Source: Planctomycetota bacterium (lineage in GTDB: Bacteria; Planctomycetota; UBA8108; SXIK01). Taken from it: a stretch of DNA of 64,000 bases. The notes beneath the pieces are model-generated. The model saw only the letters and a list, made by a program, of their open reading frames with translations. It did not search any database and was not told the DNA's origin. Where the stretch lies: contig OZ244999.1 in NCBI GenBank assembly GCA_965223265.1, forward strand, positions 3,296,001-3,360,000, written 5' to 3'. Of this stretch, positions 48,761-60,577 are shown one piece after another. The translations under genes were made by a program, and so were the position numbers. Within the stretch, counting starts at the first letter, position 1; each line of letters opens with the position of its first letter.

Positions 48761-51208
48761 ATGACAACACGCCGAAGGCCACGTGCTGCGGCCGGTAAGA
48801 CTCTTGCGTCGAGCCGATTGCTTTTCCGGCTGCGCCCGCGGAGGCTGTTGTCTACGTCCGCACCCATGAAACAGGCGCGCGCCACCGCCTGGGTCGCACT
48901 TCTCGGCGGGCTCGTTGCGACGCTTGCTCCCACGATTCTTGTTTGGCTGGGTCCGAACAATCTCTGCGCTGACGAAGCCGAGTCCGCACGGCCGCGCGGC
49001 GCAGCTGCGGAGCGTTCCCACGGCGACCGTAAGCCGAACCGGCTGTCAAAGGAGAAGAGCCCCTACCTCCTGCAGCACGCTTTCAATCCCGTCGACTGGT
49101 ATCCGTGGGGAGCGGAAGCGTTCGAAAAGGCAGTCAGCGAGAACAAGCCTGTCTTCCTGAGCATCGGCTACGCAACGTGCCATTGGTGTCACGTCATGGA
49201 GCGCGAGTCGTTCGAGGACGAAGAGATCGCGGCGTTTTTGAACGAGAATTTCATCTCCATCAAGGTGGACCGCGAAGAGCGTCCAGACGTCGATGGGATC
49301 TACATGGATGCCGTGACGGCGCTGCGTCAAAGTGGCGGCTGGCCATTGACCGTTTTTCTCACTCCGAAACGCAAGCCATTTTTCGGTGGCACATATTTTC
49401 CACCGCGAGACCATCCACAGCGTGGGATTGGGTTCCTCACGGTACTGCAGAAGATCCACGAAGTGTGGCGCGACCAGCGAGGTCTGGTGGAGCAGCAAGC
49501 CGAGCAGTTGACAGCGGCTGTTGCAGCGCAGTCGCGTAGCGTGCGTGCTGCCGCCCCGCTGAAGGAATCAATGCTGCTTCAGGCGTTCACGGAGCTCAAG
49601 GCCTCGTTCGATCCGGAGCATGGCGGCTTTCGCGGGCCGCCGCGACACGCGCCAAAGTTTCCACGCACTTCGGTGCTCGACTTTCTCATGCGTTACGCGC
49701 AGCTCGAGTCCGCACTGAAGGACGGCACGGCGAACGACGCACTAGAGATGGTGTGGACAACTCTGGACCGGATGATCGCCGGGGGAATCCACGATCACCT
49801 TGCGGGTGGTTTTCACCGCTACTCCGTCGACCGCCTCTGGCTTGTCCCTCACTTCGAGAAGATGCTCTATGACCAGGCTCTGATCTCGATGACGCTGATC
49901 GATGCAGCGCGGGTATCGAAGAACGACCTGTATTTGCGCGCGGCGCGGCGAACGCTCGACTACGTGCTCGAACGAATGACCGGCGCCGACGGAGAGATCT
50001 ATTCTGCTGAGGACGCAGACACCAACGCCATCGAAGGATTGACGTATGTGTGGACGCGCGCTGAGGTCAGAGAGCTGCTCGGAGACGAACGTGGAACGAG
50101 GTTCTGTGAGTTCTACGGCGTTTCTGAAGCGGGAAACTTTCACGAAGCGGGCGAAGGGGCCAATGTTCTTCACGTCGAGGACGCAAAGAAGCTCACGGCA
50201 CTCGTGGTCGTGAACGCCGACGATGCAGGCGGTGGCGATGCCTCCCTCGCACGCGAACTGATTGCCGACCGTGCCAAGCTGCTCGCTCACCGTGACCATC
50301 GCCCACAACCGCTGCGCGACGACAAGGTCCTGACAGCGTGGAACGGCTTGGCGATTTCAGCCTTGGCGCGGACGTACCAAGTGAGCGGGGAGACGAAATA
50401 CCTGGCGGCAGCACAGAGAGCGGCTGGGTTCATCCTCAAGCACCTCAAGTCGGGGGATCAGCTCAAGAGACGGTTCCGCCTGGGCGATGTCAAGGGGCGC
50501 GGGTTTCTGAACGACTACGCCTTCTTAGCGCAGGGGCTCATCGATCTTTACGAGTCTGACTTCGATGCGCGCTGGCTACGCGAGGCGTTGTCCCTCACGC
50601 AGTCGATGGTGCGACTTTTCTGGGACTCGGCGTCCGGCGCGTTTTTCACCACGAGTCTGGAGCACGAGCGTTTGATTACGCGTCAGCAGGAGTTCTATGA
50701 CGGCGCCATCCCCGCAGGCAATTCAGTCGCCTTCACGGTTCTTCAGCGCCTTGCTGAGCTTACCGGCGACGCAACACTGAAAGAGGTTTCGGAGACGATG
50801 GCGAAGGCGACCGGCGGACTGCTCGACGGAGGGACGTCGCCTGTTTCGAGCTATCCCGCTCTTTTGTGTGGGGTCGACTACGCGATTCGGGGTGGACGGC
50901 AGATCGTCGTCGTCGGGGACGGCACACAGCATGGCACGCGGGAGATGCTGCAGGAGGTGTGGAGGCGTTTTCTGCCGCGCAAGGTCCTGGTGCAGGCCGA
51001 CTCCGCTCAGGCCGCGGAAGCTCTCTCCGCCGTGGTTCCTACTGCTGAGGGCAAACTCGCGATCGGTGGGGTCGCCACGGCGTTCGTTTGCAAGAACGGT
51101 GTCTGTAAGCTTCCAGCTCGCGACCTCGCGACGCTGCGCAGTCAGCTCGACGCTGCCGGAGGAGGTGACGCTTCAGACGGACTGCAGCTTGAGAGGAAAA
51201 AGGAATAG
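48761..51208 (+). CDS. Thioredoxin-domain YyaL/SSP411 (DUF255) protein, exported
   Basis: [36 protein letters not shown]. Start uncertain (48761 or 48866). Confidence 0.92.
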   Translation: MTTRRRPRAAAGKTLASSRLLFRLRPRRLLSTSAPMKQARATAWVALLGGLVATLAPTILVWLGPNNLCADEAESARPRGAAAERSHGDRKPNRLSKEKSPYLLQHAFNPVDWYPWGAEAFEKAVSENKPVFLSIGYATCHWCHVMERESFEDEEIAAFLNENFISIKVDREERPDVDGIYMDAVTALRQSGGWPLTVFLTPKRKPFFGGTYFPPRDHPQRGIGFLTVLQKIHEVWRDQRGLVEQQAEQLTAAVAAQSRSVRAAAPLKESMLLQAFTELKASFDPEHGGFRGPPRHAPKFPRTSVLDFLMRYAQLESALKDGTANDALEMVWTTLDRMIAGGIHDHLAGGFHRYSVDRLWLVPHFEKMLYDQALISMTLIDAARVSKNDLYLRAARRTLDYVLERMTGADGEIYSAEDADTNAIEGLTYVWTRAEVRELLGDERGTRFCEFYGVSEAGNFHEAGEGANVLHVEDAKKLTALVVVNADDAGGGDASLARELIADRAKLLAHRDHRPQPLRDDKVLTAWNGLAISALARTYQVSGETKYLAAAQRAAGFILKHLKSGDQLKRRFRLGDVKGRGFLNDYAFLAQGLIDLYESDFDARWLREALSLTQSMVRLFWDSASGAFFTTSLEHERLITRQQEFYDGAIPAGNSVAFTVLQRLAELTGDATLKEVSETMAKATGGLLDGGTSPVSSYPALLCGVDYAIRGGRQIVVVGDGTQHGTREMLQEVWRRFLPRKVLVQADSAQAAEALSAVVPTAEGKLAIGGVATAFVCKNGVCKLPARDLATLRSQLDAAGGGDASDGLQLERKKE

Positions 51209-51579
51209 CGCTGGTGCGGCCCTGTCTTTTTCATCCTGGCACCGGCGCTATTCACTGAGTGGGGGTCTTACTCGGTCTTGGGTCCATGAGAGCCCCGCGA
51301 GGTCGGGCCGAGTGAACTCGGCTTTGGCTTACGCCCTCGTCGTAGCGAACGATCGAGAAGGGAGTTCCCAAGACGACGGATGATCAGTCCCGGCAAGCGG
51401 CAGACAGCAATCATAGAGAGACCCGCATTCTGTAGTATTCACCGCGAGATTCTTCCCTCACACAACTGTTAAGTGCGCGAAATCTTCACATCTGACGCTT
51501 TTTTTCGATTTTTCTGCGCCGCGTCGGGAAATGTCCCCTAACTCACTAAACCAAAATGGGTTGCGAATCCCGGCAAGGG

Positions 51580-52740
51580 CTACAAACTGGGCGTTGATGC
51601 CATCGCCGCTGTGAATGCCCAATCCAGCCAAGGAAACAGCGCCGCGAGATCCGCAGTCTCGACCGTGGCGCCACCCCAAAGCCTTAGCCCTGGCGGGGCG
51701 TCTCTGTAGGCTCCGATGTCGAAGGCGACACCTTCCTCTTCGAGGCGCGACGCTACCCTTTTGGCGACTCGCCACGATTCAGAGGCTGGCGCGGCGGCGA
51801 GCTCGGGGTCGACGATCTTGAGGCACATGGAGGTGGACGAGCGTGTCTCTGGTTCCTCAGCGAGGAAGCCCGCCCAACCACTCGCCTCCACCCATTCGGT
51901 CACGGCGGCCAAGTTTTCCTCGCTGCGGGCGATGGTCGCTGGGAGACCGCCGATTTTTTCGACCCAGCTCAATGCGTCAAGCACATCTTCAACGCACAGA
52001 AGCGACGGCGTGTTGATCGTATCGCCGCGAAAGATGCCCTCGATCAGCTGGTCGGCTTTCGTCATGCGAAAGAGCTTCGGGAGCGGCCACGGTGGCGTGT
52101 AGCTCGTCAACCGTTCGATGGCCCGTGGGCTGAGGATGAGCATGCCGTGTTGCCCCTCGCCGCCGAGTACTTTTTGCCATGAGAATGTGGTGACGTCGAG
52201 CTTCGTCCAAGGAAGGTCGACAGAGAAGACTGCGGACGTGGCGTCGCACAGCGTTAACCCGGTGCGCGCGTCGTCGATCCAGTCTCCGTTGGGCACTTTG
52301 ACGCCGGAGGTCGTGCCGTTCCACACGAAGACCACGTCCCGCTGCGGGGAGGTTTGGTTGAGGCCGGGCAGCTGGCCGTAGGGCGCGTCGAACGTCCGGA
52401 CGTCTTGGAGTTTCAAGTGCTGGACGATGTCGCCCATCCAGCCCTTGCTGAAACTCTCCCACGCCAGGACGTCGACGCCAACGGCGCCGAGCATCGACCA
52501 CATCGCCATCTCCATTGCGCCGGTGTCCGACGCCGGGACGATTCCGATGCGATAGTCGGCAGGTACGCCGAGAAGAGCGCGGGTCTGGTCTATGACGGCG
52601 CCAAGCTTGGCGCGCCCGGCTGTCGAGCGGTGTGAACGGCCCAGGCACGCACCTTGGAGGGCATCGACCGACCAGCCGGGACGTTTGGCGCACGGCCCCG
52701 AGGAAAAGAAAGGGCGTTGGGGGCGCTGCATCGGCTTCAT
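51580..52740 (-). CDS. serC: Phosphoserine aminotransferase (Methanosarcina type)
   Basis: [33 protein letters not shown]. Confidence 0.94.
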   Translation of the reverse strand: MKPMQRPQRPFFSSGPCAKRPGWSVDALQGACLGRSHRSTAGRAKLGAVIDQTRALLGVPADYRIGIVPASDTGAMEMAMWSMLGAVGVDVLAWESFSKGWMGDIVQHLKLQDVRTFDAPYGQLPGLNQTSPQRDVVFVWNGTTSGVKVPNGDWIDDARTGLTLCDATSAVFSVDLPWTKLDVTTFSWQKVLGGEGQHGMLILSPRAIERLTSYTPPWPLPKLFRMTKADQLIEGIFRGDTINTPSLLCVEDVLDALSWVEKIGGLPATIARSEENLAAVTEWVEASGWAGFLAEEPETRSSTSMCLKIVDPELAAAPASESWRVAKRVASRLEEEGVAFDIGAYRDAPPGLRLWGGATVETADLAALFPWLDWAFTAAMASTPSL

Positions 52741-52928
52741 GATTCGTTCCTCAGGCGTCAATGAATCGCTCGCAGGAGTCTGCGACGCACGACAGCGAGC
52801 TGGGGACCCGCGGCCATGGTCTTCTCTTCTTCGGCCACCTCCCCTTCCGGACTCGCGGTTTCCTCAGTTATCTACACTCTGGTATCTACACTGTGGAGGA
52901 GAGGAAATCTACGCCGCCGCGTGAATCC

Positions 52929-54554
52929 TCACTCGCTATCGGCGGCAGCCGCAGGGACCGTCAGCCATGCTGTCGACAGCCGCTGCTTCCCCGCGGCCCC
53001 GAAGGTCGCCGTCAACCGGCGCCCTGCTGGTGCGATTTCCCGCGCGACGACATGGAACGGAGTTGAAACAGGGCCAGGAGCCGCGGTGAAAAGAGTCAGC
53101 TGAACTTCGCCCGCCGTGTCCGTGCCGGCCGTGGAGACGACGACGGTCTGTGTCACGGAGGCTGGCAGTCCAGTCGCCTTGATCTCCATCGGTCGATCGT
53201 AGCCGTTTTGCCGCGCGACCTTAACAGGGATCTGCAGCGGTTCGCCCGCTTTGAGCGCAAATCGGTCTGCCGCCAGCGTCACGCTGCAGCGTTTTGCCGG
53301 TCGACCGACCTGCAGATTGTAGGTGTACCTAAAACCGCCGTGGCCGAATGCGTCGCGCACCTCCACGACGTAAGTCCCATCCTGTGGCGGCGTGAAGCGC
53401 AGTCGTGCATCCACGCCGTTGGCGTCGTCGTTCGATGCGAGCTCGTTGCCTGCCGTGTCGATGATCCGCAGAACGGCGTCCAGCAAGGACCCGTGAGCTC
53501 GTGCGATGACCGTGAGTTCCAAAGCGCCGCCGTCCTTGCTAGCGTCGAAGGAGTAGCGATCGACGTCACCGCTCTCCAATAGGCGCCCTGCTGCAGAGAC
53601 TGGAGGCGACAGAGGGAGTGGCTGCTCCGGCGTTTCGAGCACGACGGCGTGATCGACGAGCGTCACGGGCACCGCGTTAGCGAGTCGCGGATGGCGGACC
53701 AATACGGAAGTTTGTCGCGTTTCCGCGTGCAAACGTAGTGAGTGGAGATCCGGTGGGAGATTCCACCCGGCGACTTTCAAGTCGCCAGTCGCGCCTCGCT
53801 GCAGGCAGGAGGGGAAAACATGATCCACGAAGGCTTGCGTCGTCAAGGTGAGACGATAGACATACGAAGGCCGACCCGCGAACTCGATCGATTGGTTCGG
53901 GGGAATTGGAAACGCGAACAAACGCACGGCGTACTCACCGCTTCTCGGCGCGGTAAAAATCAAGAATGGATCGCTGCCGACGTCGTCGTCATTTTGCGCT
54001 AAGACGATGCCCTTCGCGGAAAGAAGCTGCAGGACGCCGTCCATGGAGGAACCGAGCGAGCGCACTGCGTCTAGCGCCGCAACGACAGTCTCACCGGCGT
54101 CGAGCTCAAACCGAAACGTATCGTGATCGCCTGTCGATGCGAGTCTGCCGTTGATCACGCATCTAGGCTCGATCTTCTGCGCTGCGGAAAGCCGGTTGTT
54201 CGGCTCGTTCTCACGTGTTTCGGGGCCGCGGCCAACGACAAACGGTCTGGGCGCACTGGCACCCTCGTCGTTGTAGAGACGTATCCAGTACACCCCGGCC
54301 GGAGTCTCTTTCGCGACCGTGATCGCTAGCTCGCCGTTTTTCGCTGCCGGTTCTACGGCGATGTTTTCGCTACTCGTCCATACTCGGGGAGGCCATGGAT
54401 CGACAGCGCCAACGACGAGCACCTGGTGCGTGGCGTCGGCCACACCGCCGGACGGGTAGAGATGCTCAACGTCCGGGGTCGCAGTGCTAAGCCGTGCGGG
54501 GACGCATATCGCGACGGCGACACAGCCGATGAATAGGCGGTTCATAGCAAGCAA
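52929..54554 (-). CDS. Secreted PPC-domain protein (planctomycete type)
   Basis: ENEPNN, AQNDD and ASNDD repeats; GDVDRYSF. Confidence 0.85.
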   Translation of the reverse strand: MLAMNRLFIGCVAVAICVPARLSTATPDVEHLYPSGGVADATHQVLVVGAVDPWPPRVWTSSENIAVEPAAKNGELAITVAKETPAGVYWIRLYNDEGASAPRPFVVGRGPETRENEPNNRLSAAQKIEPRCVINGRLASTGDHDTFRFELDAGETVVAALDAVRSLGSSMDGVLQLLSAKGIVLAQNDDDVGSDPFLIFTAPRSGEYAVRLFAFPIPPNQSIEFAGRPSYVYRLTLTTQAFVDHVFPSCLQRGATGDLKVAGWNLPPDLHSLRLHAETRQTSVLVRHPRLANAVPVTLVDHAVVLETPEQPLPLSPPVSAAGRLLESGDVDRYSFDASKDGGALELTVIARAHGSLLDAVLRIIDTAGNELASNDDANGVDARLRFTPPQDGTYVVEVRDAFGHGGFRYTYNLQVGRPAKRCSVTLAADRFALKAGEPLQIPVKVARQNGYDRPMEIKATGLPASVTQTVVVSTAGTDTAGEVQLTLFTAAPGPVSTPFHVVAREIAPAGRRLTATFGAAGKQRLSTAWLTVPAAAADSE

Positions 54555-54560
54555 GGCTGT

Positions 54561-57071
54561 TCAGTTCTTGAAGAAAAACTCCGCGGTGTTGAAAAGCGCC
54601 CAGAGCAGATCTTCGATCGCCTCCTGCCGATTGTCGATGCGTTCAAAGACCTTTTCGGCCGTTTCTCTTTCTCGGGCTGTCGGAAAACGGCTGTAGGTGA
54701 GTAGGTAGAGCTCTTCGACGAGGTCGTTCGGGCTCCGCCCACTAGCAGCCAATTGCGCGACCCGGCCGTCGGGATGCGACAGCTTCGTGTGCAGCTGTGG
54801 TGCGTTCATCAGATGCAGCGCCTGCACAACGCTCGTTTCGCTGGTGCGGTAGCACGGCGGGTCTTGGTTCAGGTCGGGGCGTCCAAATGTGTCGAGAAAG
54901 AGGGACGGCGCCCGGTGCGTCCAGATCGCAGCAGAACGTGATCCGGACGGTACAGCGTCGAACTCCTCTGCGACAAGAGTGACGTCGCACACCGCATCCA
55001 GTAACACTTCGGCGCGTAGGCGTTGACGAAAGTGGCGGGAGTAGTTGCGCGTGTCGACGATGTTCGAAGGCGTTGGCGCGGAGCTCAGGCCGTAGACGTG
55101 CGACGTCATGATGCGACGCAGCAGGTGCTTCAAATCATGGCCGTGTGCGACAAAGTCATTGGCGATCGCGTCAAGGAGCTCGAGATTCGAGGCCGGGTTT
55201 GTGGCGCGAAAGTCGTCGACCGGCTCAACGATCCCGATTCCCATGAGATCAGCCCAGACGCGGTTGACGATGACCCGAGCGAAAGCAGGGTTGTCCTTCG
55301 TCATCCACCTGGCTAAGGCGACGCGCGGGTCCTCACTACCTTGCGGAGGTGCGCTGCCAAAGAGAGGGCGTGGCGCCAGATTCTCTCCGGTTTTGGGGTG
55401 CGATACCGCGCCGCTCGCTGAGGTCAAGATGAACTCCTCGCCGCCGGAGATCGGCGGTGAAAGGCCACTCCCTTTACGTCCGACGCGCGCAAAGTAAGCT
55501 GCAAAGCTGTAAAAGTCGTCCTGCGTCCATATCTCAAAGGGGTGCTTGTGACACTTTGCACATTCCAATCGGATGCCCAGGAAGATCTGGCTGACCAGAG
55601 TGGTTTGTTCGTCGGGGGAGCGGCGATCGCGAAAAACCGTCGGAATGCCGTGACGAATGGTGCTGCCTCGCGCGGTGACGATCCGGCGCACGAATTCGTC
55701 ATATGGGAGGTTCTTTCGAAATGCGCTGCGCACCCAGTTGTCGAGGTTGAGAACGGACTTGATCCCAGTGCGATACGGATTCGGGCGCAGTAGGTCGACC
55801 CACTTATTGGCCCAGTGATCTGCGTATTCGTCGCGCAGCAGGACTGCATCCACCAGGCGAGCTCGTTTATCAGTGGCGGTATCGGCCAGAAACGCGCGCG
55901 CCTCGTCCGCCGAGGGGAGTCGTCCGATCGCATCCAGGTAGACGCGACGAAGAAAGGCGGCGTCAGGGGCGCTTGGCGAGGGCAAGATGTTGAGGCGCGA
56001 CAGTTTTTTCCATACCAGATCGTCGATGAAGTTCTCGCGCGGTAGCCCTGCGTATCGACCTGGATCGACTCGATCGGGCAGTGGAATGGTCACCCGGCAG
56101 GTGGCAATCTCGCCTCGATAGCGAGCCATGATGGTCGCCTCCCCGGGAATCGTCCCCGCGGCGATCAATCCCCGCTCGTCGACTTTTGCTACCGGGCTCT
56201 CGCTCGAGAGGTAGGTCGTGAGCCGCGTCACATCACGCGTCGACTCATCGCTGTAGTGGGCTGTGACGACCAGCTGCTGCGACTCGAGATTAGCCATCAC
56301 TCGGTCGGTAGGGGAAACGCTCAGCGAAGTCAAACGCGCCGCCGTCTCGCCGCCTCTTAGCATGCCCGAGTCGAGCCACGTCGTGAGGACGCGTGTGTCG
56401 GTATCATTCGGCCCGAAGAGCCTGCCACCGCCGTGTGGCAGCTCTGCGGTCGGCTTGAGAAAGAGGAGGCTCCGATCGGGAGAGGTAGCGGCTAGTCGGC
56501 GCGCGTAGCTTCCCTTGGTGAGCGCCAGGTAGTCATAGTCATCGTCGAAGCCGAGGAGTGAGAGCTGAAAACCGTTTTGGCCTCGCTGTTTGCCATGGCA
56601 TGGGCCGGAGTTGCAGCCGTGGCGCGTTAGGATCGGCTGCACGTCGCGTTCGAAGAGAACGGGAGGTGGCGGCTGCATCGCTTCGACGCGAACCGAAACG
56701 CTCGTTTGAGCATCGCCGGCGCGAATGACCACGGTGGCCGTCCCCTCGGCTTTGGGCTCGATCGTACCGTGCTCGGTGACCGTGACGACCCCTGGAGGTT
56801 CAGCGCGAAATTCGGCGACGGCGGTGACGTCGGCGCGGGCCTCGCCTTCATGTCGAGTGACACGAAGCTGCTGCTCGGCGTATGGTCCGCGCAGAACGAC
56901 GTTGGTCGGAAAGACCTGTAGGCCGGCCGCGGCGTGGAGCGGCTTGACGCCAGCAGCGTTGAACGTGACCACGCAGGCGAGGGCGAACCCCAGGCGCATC
57001 GACCTGCGGCGCCATGCAGCTGCGCGGAGCGTTCCGTGGAGGGACTCTGGTGAAGGGGCCTCGTGACACAC
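54561..57071 (-). CDS. DUF1549/DUF1553 (PSCyt2/PSD1) protein with Ig-like domains
   Basis: GCNSGPCHG, FLRRVYLD, CAKCHKHP, VNRVWA, QALHLMN, EFFFKN. Start may be 56999. Confidence 0.92.
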   Translation of the reverse strand: MCHEAPSPESLHGTLRAAAWRRRSMRLGFALACVVTFNAAGVKPLHAAAGLQVFPTNVVLRGPYAEQQLRVTRHEGEARADVTAVAEFRAEPPGVVTVTEHGTIEPKAEGTATVVIRAGDAQTSVSVRVEAMQPPPPVLFERDVQPILTRHGCNSGPCHGKQRGQNGFQLSLLGFDDDYDYLALTKGSYARRLAATSPDRSLLFLKPTAELPHGGGRLFGPNDTDTRVLTTWLDSGMLRGGETAARLTSLSVSPTDRVMANLESQQLVVTAHYSDESTRDVTRLTTYLSSESPVAKVDERGLIAAGTIPGEATIMARYRGEIATCRVTIPLPDRVDPGRYAGLPRENFIDDLVWKKLSRLNILPSPSAPDAAFLRRVYLDAIGRLPSADEARAFLADTATDKRARLVDAVLLRDEYADHWANKWVDLLRPNPYRTGIKSVLNLDNWVRSAFRKNLPYDEFVRRIVTARGSTIRHGIPTVFRDRRSPDEQTTLVSQIFLGIRLECAKCHKHPFEIWTQDDFYSFAAYFARVGRKGSGLSPPISGGEEFILTSASGAVSHPKTGENLAPRPLFGSAPPQGSEDPRVALARWMTKDNPAFARVIVNRVWADLMGIGIVEPVDDFRATNPASNLELLDAIANDFVAHGHDLKHLLRRIMTSHVYGLSSAPTPSNIVDTRNYSRHFRQRLRAEVLLDAVCDVTLVAEEFDAVPSGSRSAAIWTHRAPSLFLDTFGRPDLNQDPPCYRTSETSVVQALHLMNAPQLHTKLSHPDGRVAQLAASGRSPNDLVEELYLLTYSRFPTARERETAEKVFERIDNRQEAIEDLLWALFNTAEFFFKN

Positions 57072-57336
57072 GATGGATCTCCCGGCGTAGCTTCGGTCCT
57101 TCGTGACTGTCCGTCCGGACTTCCGACCGTACTTTCGGCCGGCACCAAGTCGGCGACGACTTGCGCCAGAGAGGACCGTAAAGTGTGATATGCAGTCTAT
57201 TTCCCGCTGCGTCGAAAAGCAATTCTCGCGCTACCGGCGGGCCGCAGCGCGGCGGCGTCCTCAATAGATCCGGAGACCTGCTCGTTGAGCTGCGGTACGG
57301 CTTTGGGGGAGGTTCGCCGGCGAGTTCCCAGAAAGG

Positions 57337-58527
57337 TCACTGTGCACCGGAGAGCACGGCGTCGAGCAGGCGAGGTGATTTGCCGAACTTGCGCACATAT
57401 TCGTGGCGCGTCGGTAGCAGGCGCGTTTTCACTTTGGCGTCATGATGCAGGGCGATGGCGCTCAGTTTGTGGTCGATGGACGGGTTGCCAAACCGTTCGA
57501 GCGTCTGCCGCGCGAACTCTTCCGCTGCCGCGACCTCGCTCGCCACCGTCGGCACGATCTCTTCGAAGAGCAGTTCCTCGAGCCAGGTTCGAACTTCAGG
57601 GGCCTCGACGGCTGCGCGCACCGTTTCGAAGCCGAGGGGGCGGGCCTTACTCACGAGTGCGGTGTGAGCGCCGTTCAGGATGCGTACCTTGCGGAGCTGA
57701 TAGGGTCGGACGTCCTCGACATGCTCGATCGAAGCGTGCTCGAACAGCTGGGGAGCATCCTCCTTCTTCTCAATCACCCATAGGGCGAACGGCTCTGTCG
57801 CCGTCAGAAGCGGGTCCTCCGACAGAAGCGGATGCGCAGCCGGGCGACCTGTGACGATGCGGTCGACGAGCGTGTTGGGCCAATGGCACTCGCCCGCGAC
57901 CCAGGAACGAAACGCCGCGGGCGACTTCCAGCGCTCCGCCAACTCGAGCACGACGCGGCGCAAGCGGTCGCCGTTATTTTCCAGCAGCTCGCAAGGCAAG
58001 ATTGTCAGAGGGCCGACGTCGGCGTCGTAGCGTCGCTTCAAAAGGACGAGGAGCTTTGCCGGAAACGCCTGCGGCGGCGCCGACGTGAAGTCGTCATTAT
58101 CGGTCAAGGCGTAGCCGGCCTCGGTAGTGTTCGAGACGACCCAATTGAGATCAGGAGATGTCGCGAGATCGGCGATGGTCTCCCACTCTGAGCGCGCTAT
58201 TAACGCTCTGCTGATGCTCTTGATTCGGGTTGCCGTGTCGACCGCTTCTCCGCCGGAAAATCCTCGCACGAGAACCGTGTAGGCGCAGTCGTGGGCGTTG
58301 AGGAGCTCGGCGTTGCCGCTATCAGTAGACTGAATGACGGCGACTCGACCGACTTTCTGTCCAGAATCATTGGCTTCCTGGACGAAGAAGTCCGTAAATG
58401 CACGCAGAAAGTTGCCGGTGCCGAACTGAAGGATGGTCTCCCGGCAATCGTGCCTCGACTCGGTGTTTATGGGCGAAGCAGAACGTTTCACGTAGGCACT
58501 ATATCGAGCCACGCTGCTGGTGAGCAA
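57337..58527 (-). CDS. uxaB: Tagaturonate/altronate oxidoreductase (mannitol dehydrogenase family)
   Basis: ILQFGTGNFLRAF, SNTTEAG, PCEL, NTLVDRIV, KVRILNGAHT. Start uncertain. Confidence 0.88.
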   Translation of the reverse strand: MLTSSVARYSAYVKRSASPINTESRHDCRETILQFGTGNFLRAFTDFFVQEANDSGQKVGRVAVIQSTDSGNAELLNAHDCAYTVLVRGFSGGEAVDTATRIKSISRALIARSEWETIADLATSPDLNWVVSNTTEAGYALTDNDDFTSAPPQAFPAKLLVLLKRRYDADVGPLTILPCELLENNGDRLRRVVLELAERWKSPAAFRSWVAGECHWPNTLVDRIVTGRPAAHPLLSEDPLLTATEPFALWVIEKKEDAPQLFEHASIEHVEDVRPYQLRKVRILNGAHTALVSKARPLGFETVRAAVEAPEVRTWLEELLFEEIVPTVASEVAAAEEFARQTLERFGNPSIDHKLSAIALHHDAKVKTRLLPTRHEYVRKFGKSPRLLDAVLSGAQ

Positions 58528-58630
58528 GGCGACAGTTGATTTGGCGCTGACGCCGCCAGGACGATTCAGACTGCGCCGCAGTGAGAACCGCGCTGCTCAG
58601 GCTCTCGCTTTCAGCACATGGAGGTTAGGC

Positions 58631-59134
58631 ATGGAAAAGGCACGTTTTGTCTCTCGGCTCATCTGCGCCCTGAGTGCGCAACTCATCGTCGCCCTTTTGG
58701 GTGTTGGCTGCGTCGCTGTCGTACCGTACAACGCGAACGAGTCTTACGCCGAGACGGTTTCGTGGCAGGAGGTTGAACGGGCGTTCGGGGAAGTGATCAC
58801 ACGCGCGGTCGATCCTCGTATCCTTTCGGCGGAGCTCGACAAGAACTACTATCGCTATGAGGCGGAGCAAGTGATTCACGGGCCGTACGGCATTCCGATG
58901 GGAAGTACGCCGCGGCCGCAGCAGATTCACTTTGCGAACGTCAGTCGCACGGAACTCTACGAGAATCACTTCGTCTACGTTTACGACGTCCGCAATCGTC
59001 TCGTCGATAAGATCCTGTTCGGATCAGGCGCCGACGCCCGGACGTTCATTGATATCGTCATGTCGGCGCGCGGCCGGCGTCTGGGCGAGCAGAGCGAGAA
59101 AGATTCCGCGCCGGCTGAATCCACGGCGCAATAA
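58631..59134 (+). CDS. Hypothetical lipoprotein
   Basis: RBS GGAGG before ATG 58631; hydrophobic stretch ending LLGVGC. Confidence 0.7.
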   Translation: MEKARFVSRLICALSAQLIVALLGVGCVAVVPYNANESYAETVSWQEVERAFGEVITRAVDPRILSAELDKNYYRYEAEQVIHGPYGIPMGSTPRPQQIHFANVSRTELYENHFVYVYDVRNRLVDKILFGSGADARTFIDIVMSARGRRLGEQSEKDSAPAESTAQ

Positions 59135-59395
59135 CTCGCAGCCGTGACATTGAGGTGTGACATGAGGTGTGACGTCGCGTCGGCGGCGCCTCAACCAGTA
59201 CCTTCCGTGCGAAGACGCAGCGCAGCGCGATGTTAAGGCGTTTTTCGCCGCTCGGGTGGTGTGATACGCCTCCTTCGCACCTCGTTCTTTACACTAGGGC
59301 TCTGTCTGTTGTAACTTCGATATCAACCTTTCACTGTGAGAGCCTAGTCTTCCCGTCATGCCGGTTCGTGTCGAACTCGTTTCAGAGGCAAGTCC

Positions 59396-60415
59396 ATGAG
59401 TCTTTTTACGCGACAGCCGCACCAGCGCATCTGCATATCTACTGTGTCTTTCTGTTTCGTGCTGATGGTCAGCGCAGGAACCTTTTCGCCTGAGGTCGCG
59501 GCGGACGACAAGAACGAGAAGTCAGCGGCAGACGAGAAGGCCAAGCCACAAGAGGACAAGCCAAAAGCAAAACTGCTGAGCGCCGGTACCCCGATGACGA
59601 ACTCCATCGGCATGAAGTTCGCGCCGGTGCCATCTGGCGAGTTCCTCATGGGGTCGACGAACGAGTTCGGACGACTTGCCCACGAGCATCAGCACAAGGT
59701 GATGTTGTCGAAAGGCTTTTTCCTTGGCGTCTACGAAGTGACGCAAGCGCAGTACGAAAAAGTCATTGGCAAGAATCCAAGTTTCTTTTCGAGTACTGGG
59801 GAGGGGAAAGATCGGGTCGAAGGTGAGACGGCGGACTATCCAGTGGAAAACGTCTCGTGGCACGACGCTGTCGAGTTCTGCCGTTTGCTCTCGGAATTGC
59901 CGGAAGAGAAGGCCGCGGGTCGTTCGTACCGCCTGCCCACCGAGGCGGAGTGGGAGTATGCGTGCCGTGCCGGCTCAACGACTCCGTTTCACTACGGCGA
60001 ATCGCTCGCATCGACGCAAGCGAACTTCGATGGAAATCATCCTTACCTAACGCGCGCCGACGTCATCGCCGGTGAGAGTCCAGAAAAGCTGAAAGGACCC
60101 TATCTCAAGCGACCCACGAAAGTTGGTTCGTACGAACCCAACTCTCTCGGGATTTACGACATGCACGGAAACGTGTGGGAATGGGTCTCCGATTGGTACA
60201 GCCCGGTCTACTACAAGAGTTCGCCCGCGGAGGATCCGACGGGACCTCAAGAAGGGGACAAGAAGGTGTCACGTGGTGGAGGTTGGTACTACTTCGGCGC
60301 CGCGATGCGCTCCGCCGCCCGATACGACCGCGCGCCAGACGAGAAGCGTCGCACGGACGGCTTTCGCGTCGTCTGTGTGGGGCCAGATGTCAAATCGAAG
60401 GTCCAGCGTTTTTGA
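59396..60415 (+). CDS. Formylglycine-generating enzyme-like (SUMF1/FGE-sulfatase domain) protein
   Basis: YEVTQAQY, RLPTEAEWEYACRAG, DMHGNVWEW, RGGGW, GFRV; signal peptide. Confidence 0.92.
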   Translation: MSLFTRQPHQRICISTVSFCFVLMVSAGTFSPEVAADDKNEKSAADEKAKPQEDKPKAKLLSAGTPMTNSIGMKFAPVPSGEFLMGSTNEFGRLAHEHQHKVMLSKGFFLGVYEVTQAQYEKVIGKNPSFFSSTGEGKDRVEGETADYPVENVSWHDAVEFCRLLSELPEEKAAGRSYRLPTEAEWEYACRAGSTTPFHYGESLASTQANFDGNHPYLTRADVIAGESPEKLKGPYLKRPTKVGSYEPNSLGIYDMHGNVWEWVSDWYSPVYYKSSPAEDPTGPQEGDKKVSRGGGWYYFGAAMRSAARYDRAPDEKRRTDGFRVVCVGPDVKSKVQRF

Positions 60416-60577
60416 ATACGGTTGTGGACCTGTAAGAGCAGTGAGCGCGACCGCAGCGTCGCAGCTTGTCGACGCGCGACGGCCTGCGCCGAAGTATGCT
60501 CAGCAACTCAGCATTCGGAGCCGGCCGACGGAGTTCGAGCTTTCTTGAGTTGAGGGCGTTTTTTTGCTGCCACTGCT

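Noticed and set aside
51210-51579. ncRNA or small gene in the AT-richer gap between the DUF255 gene and serC
   Set aside because: Only a ~48-codon unremarkable ORF and no convincing structure.
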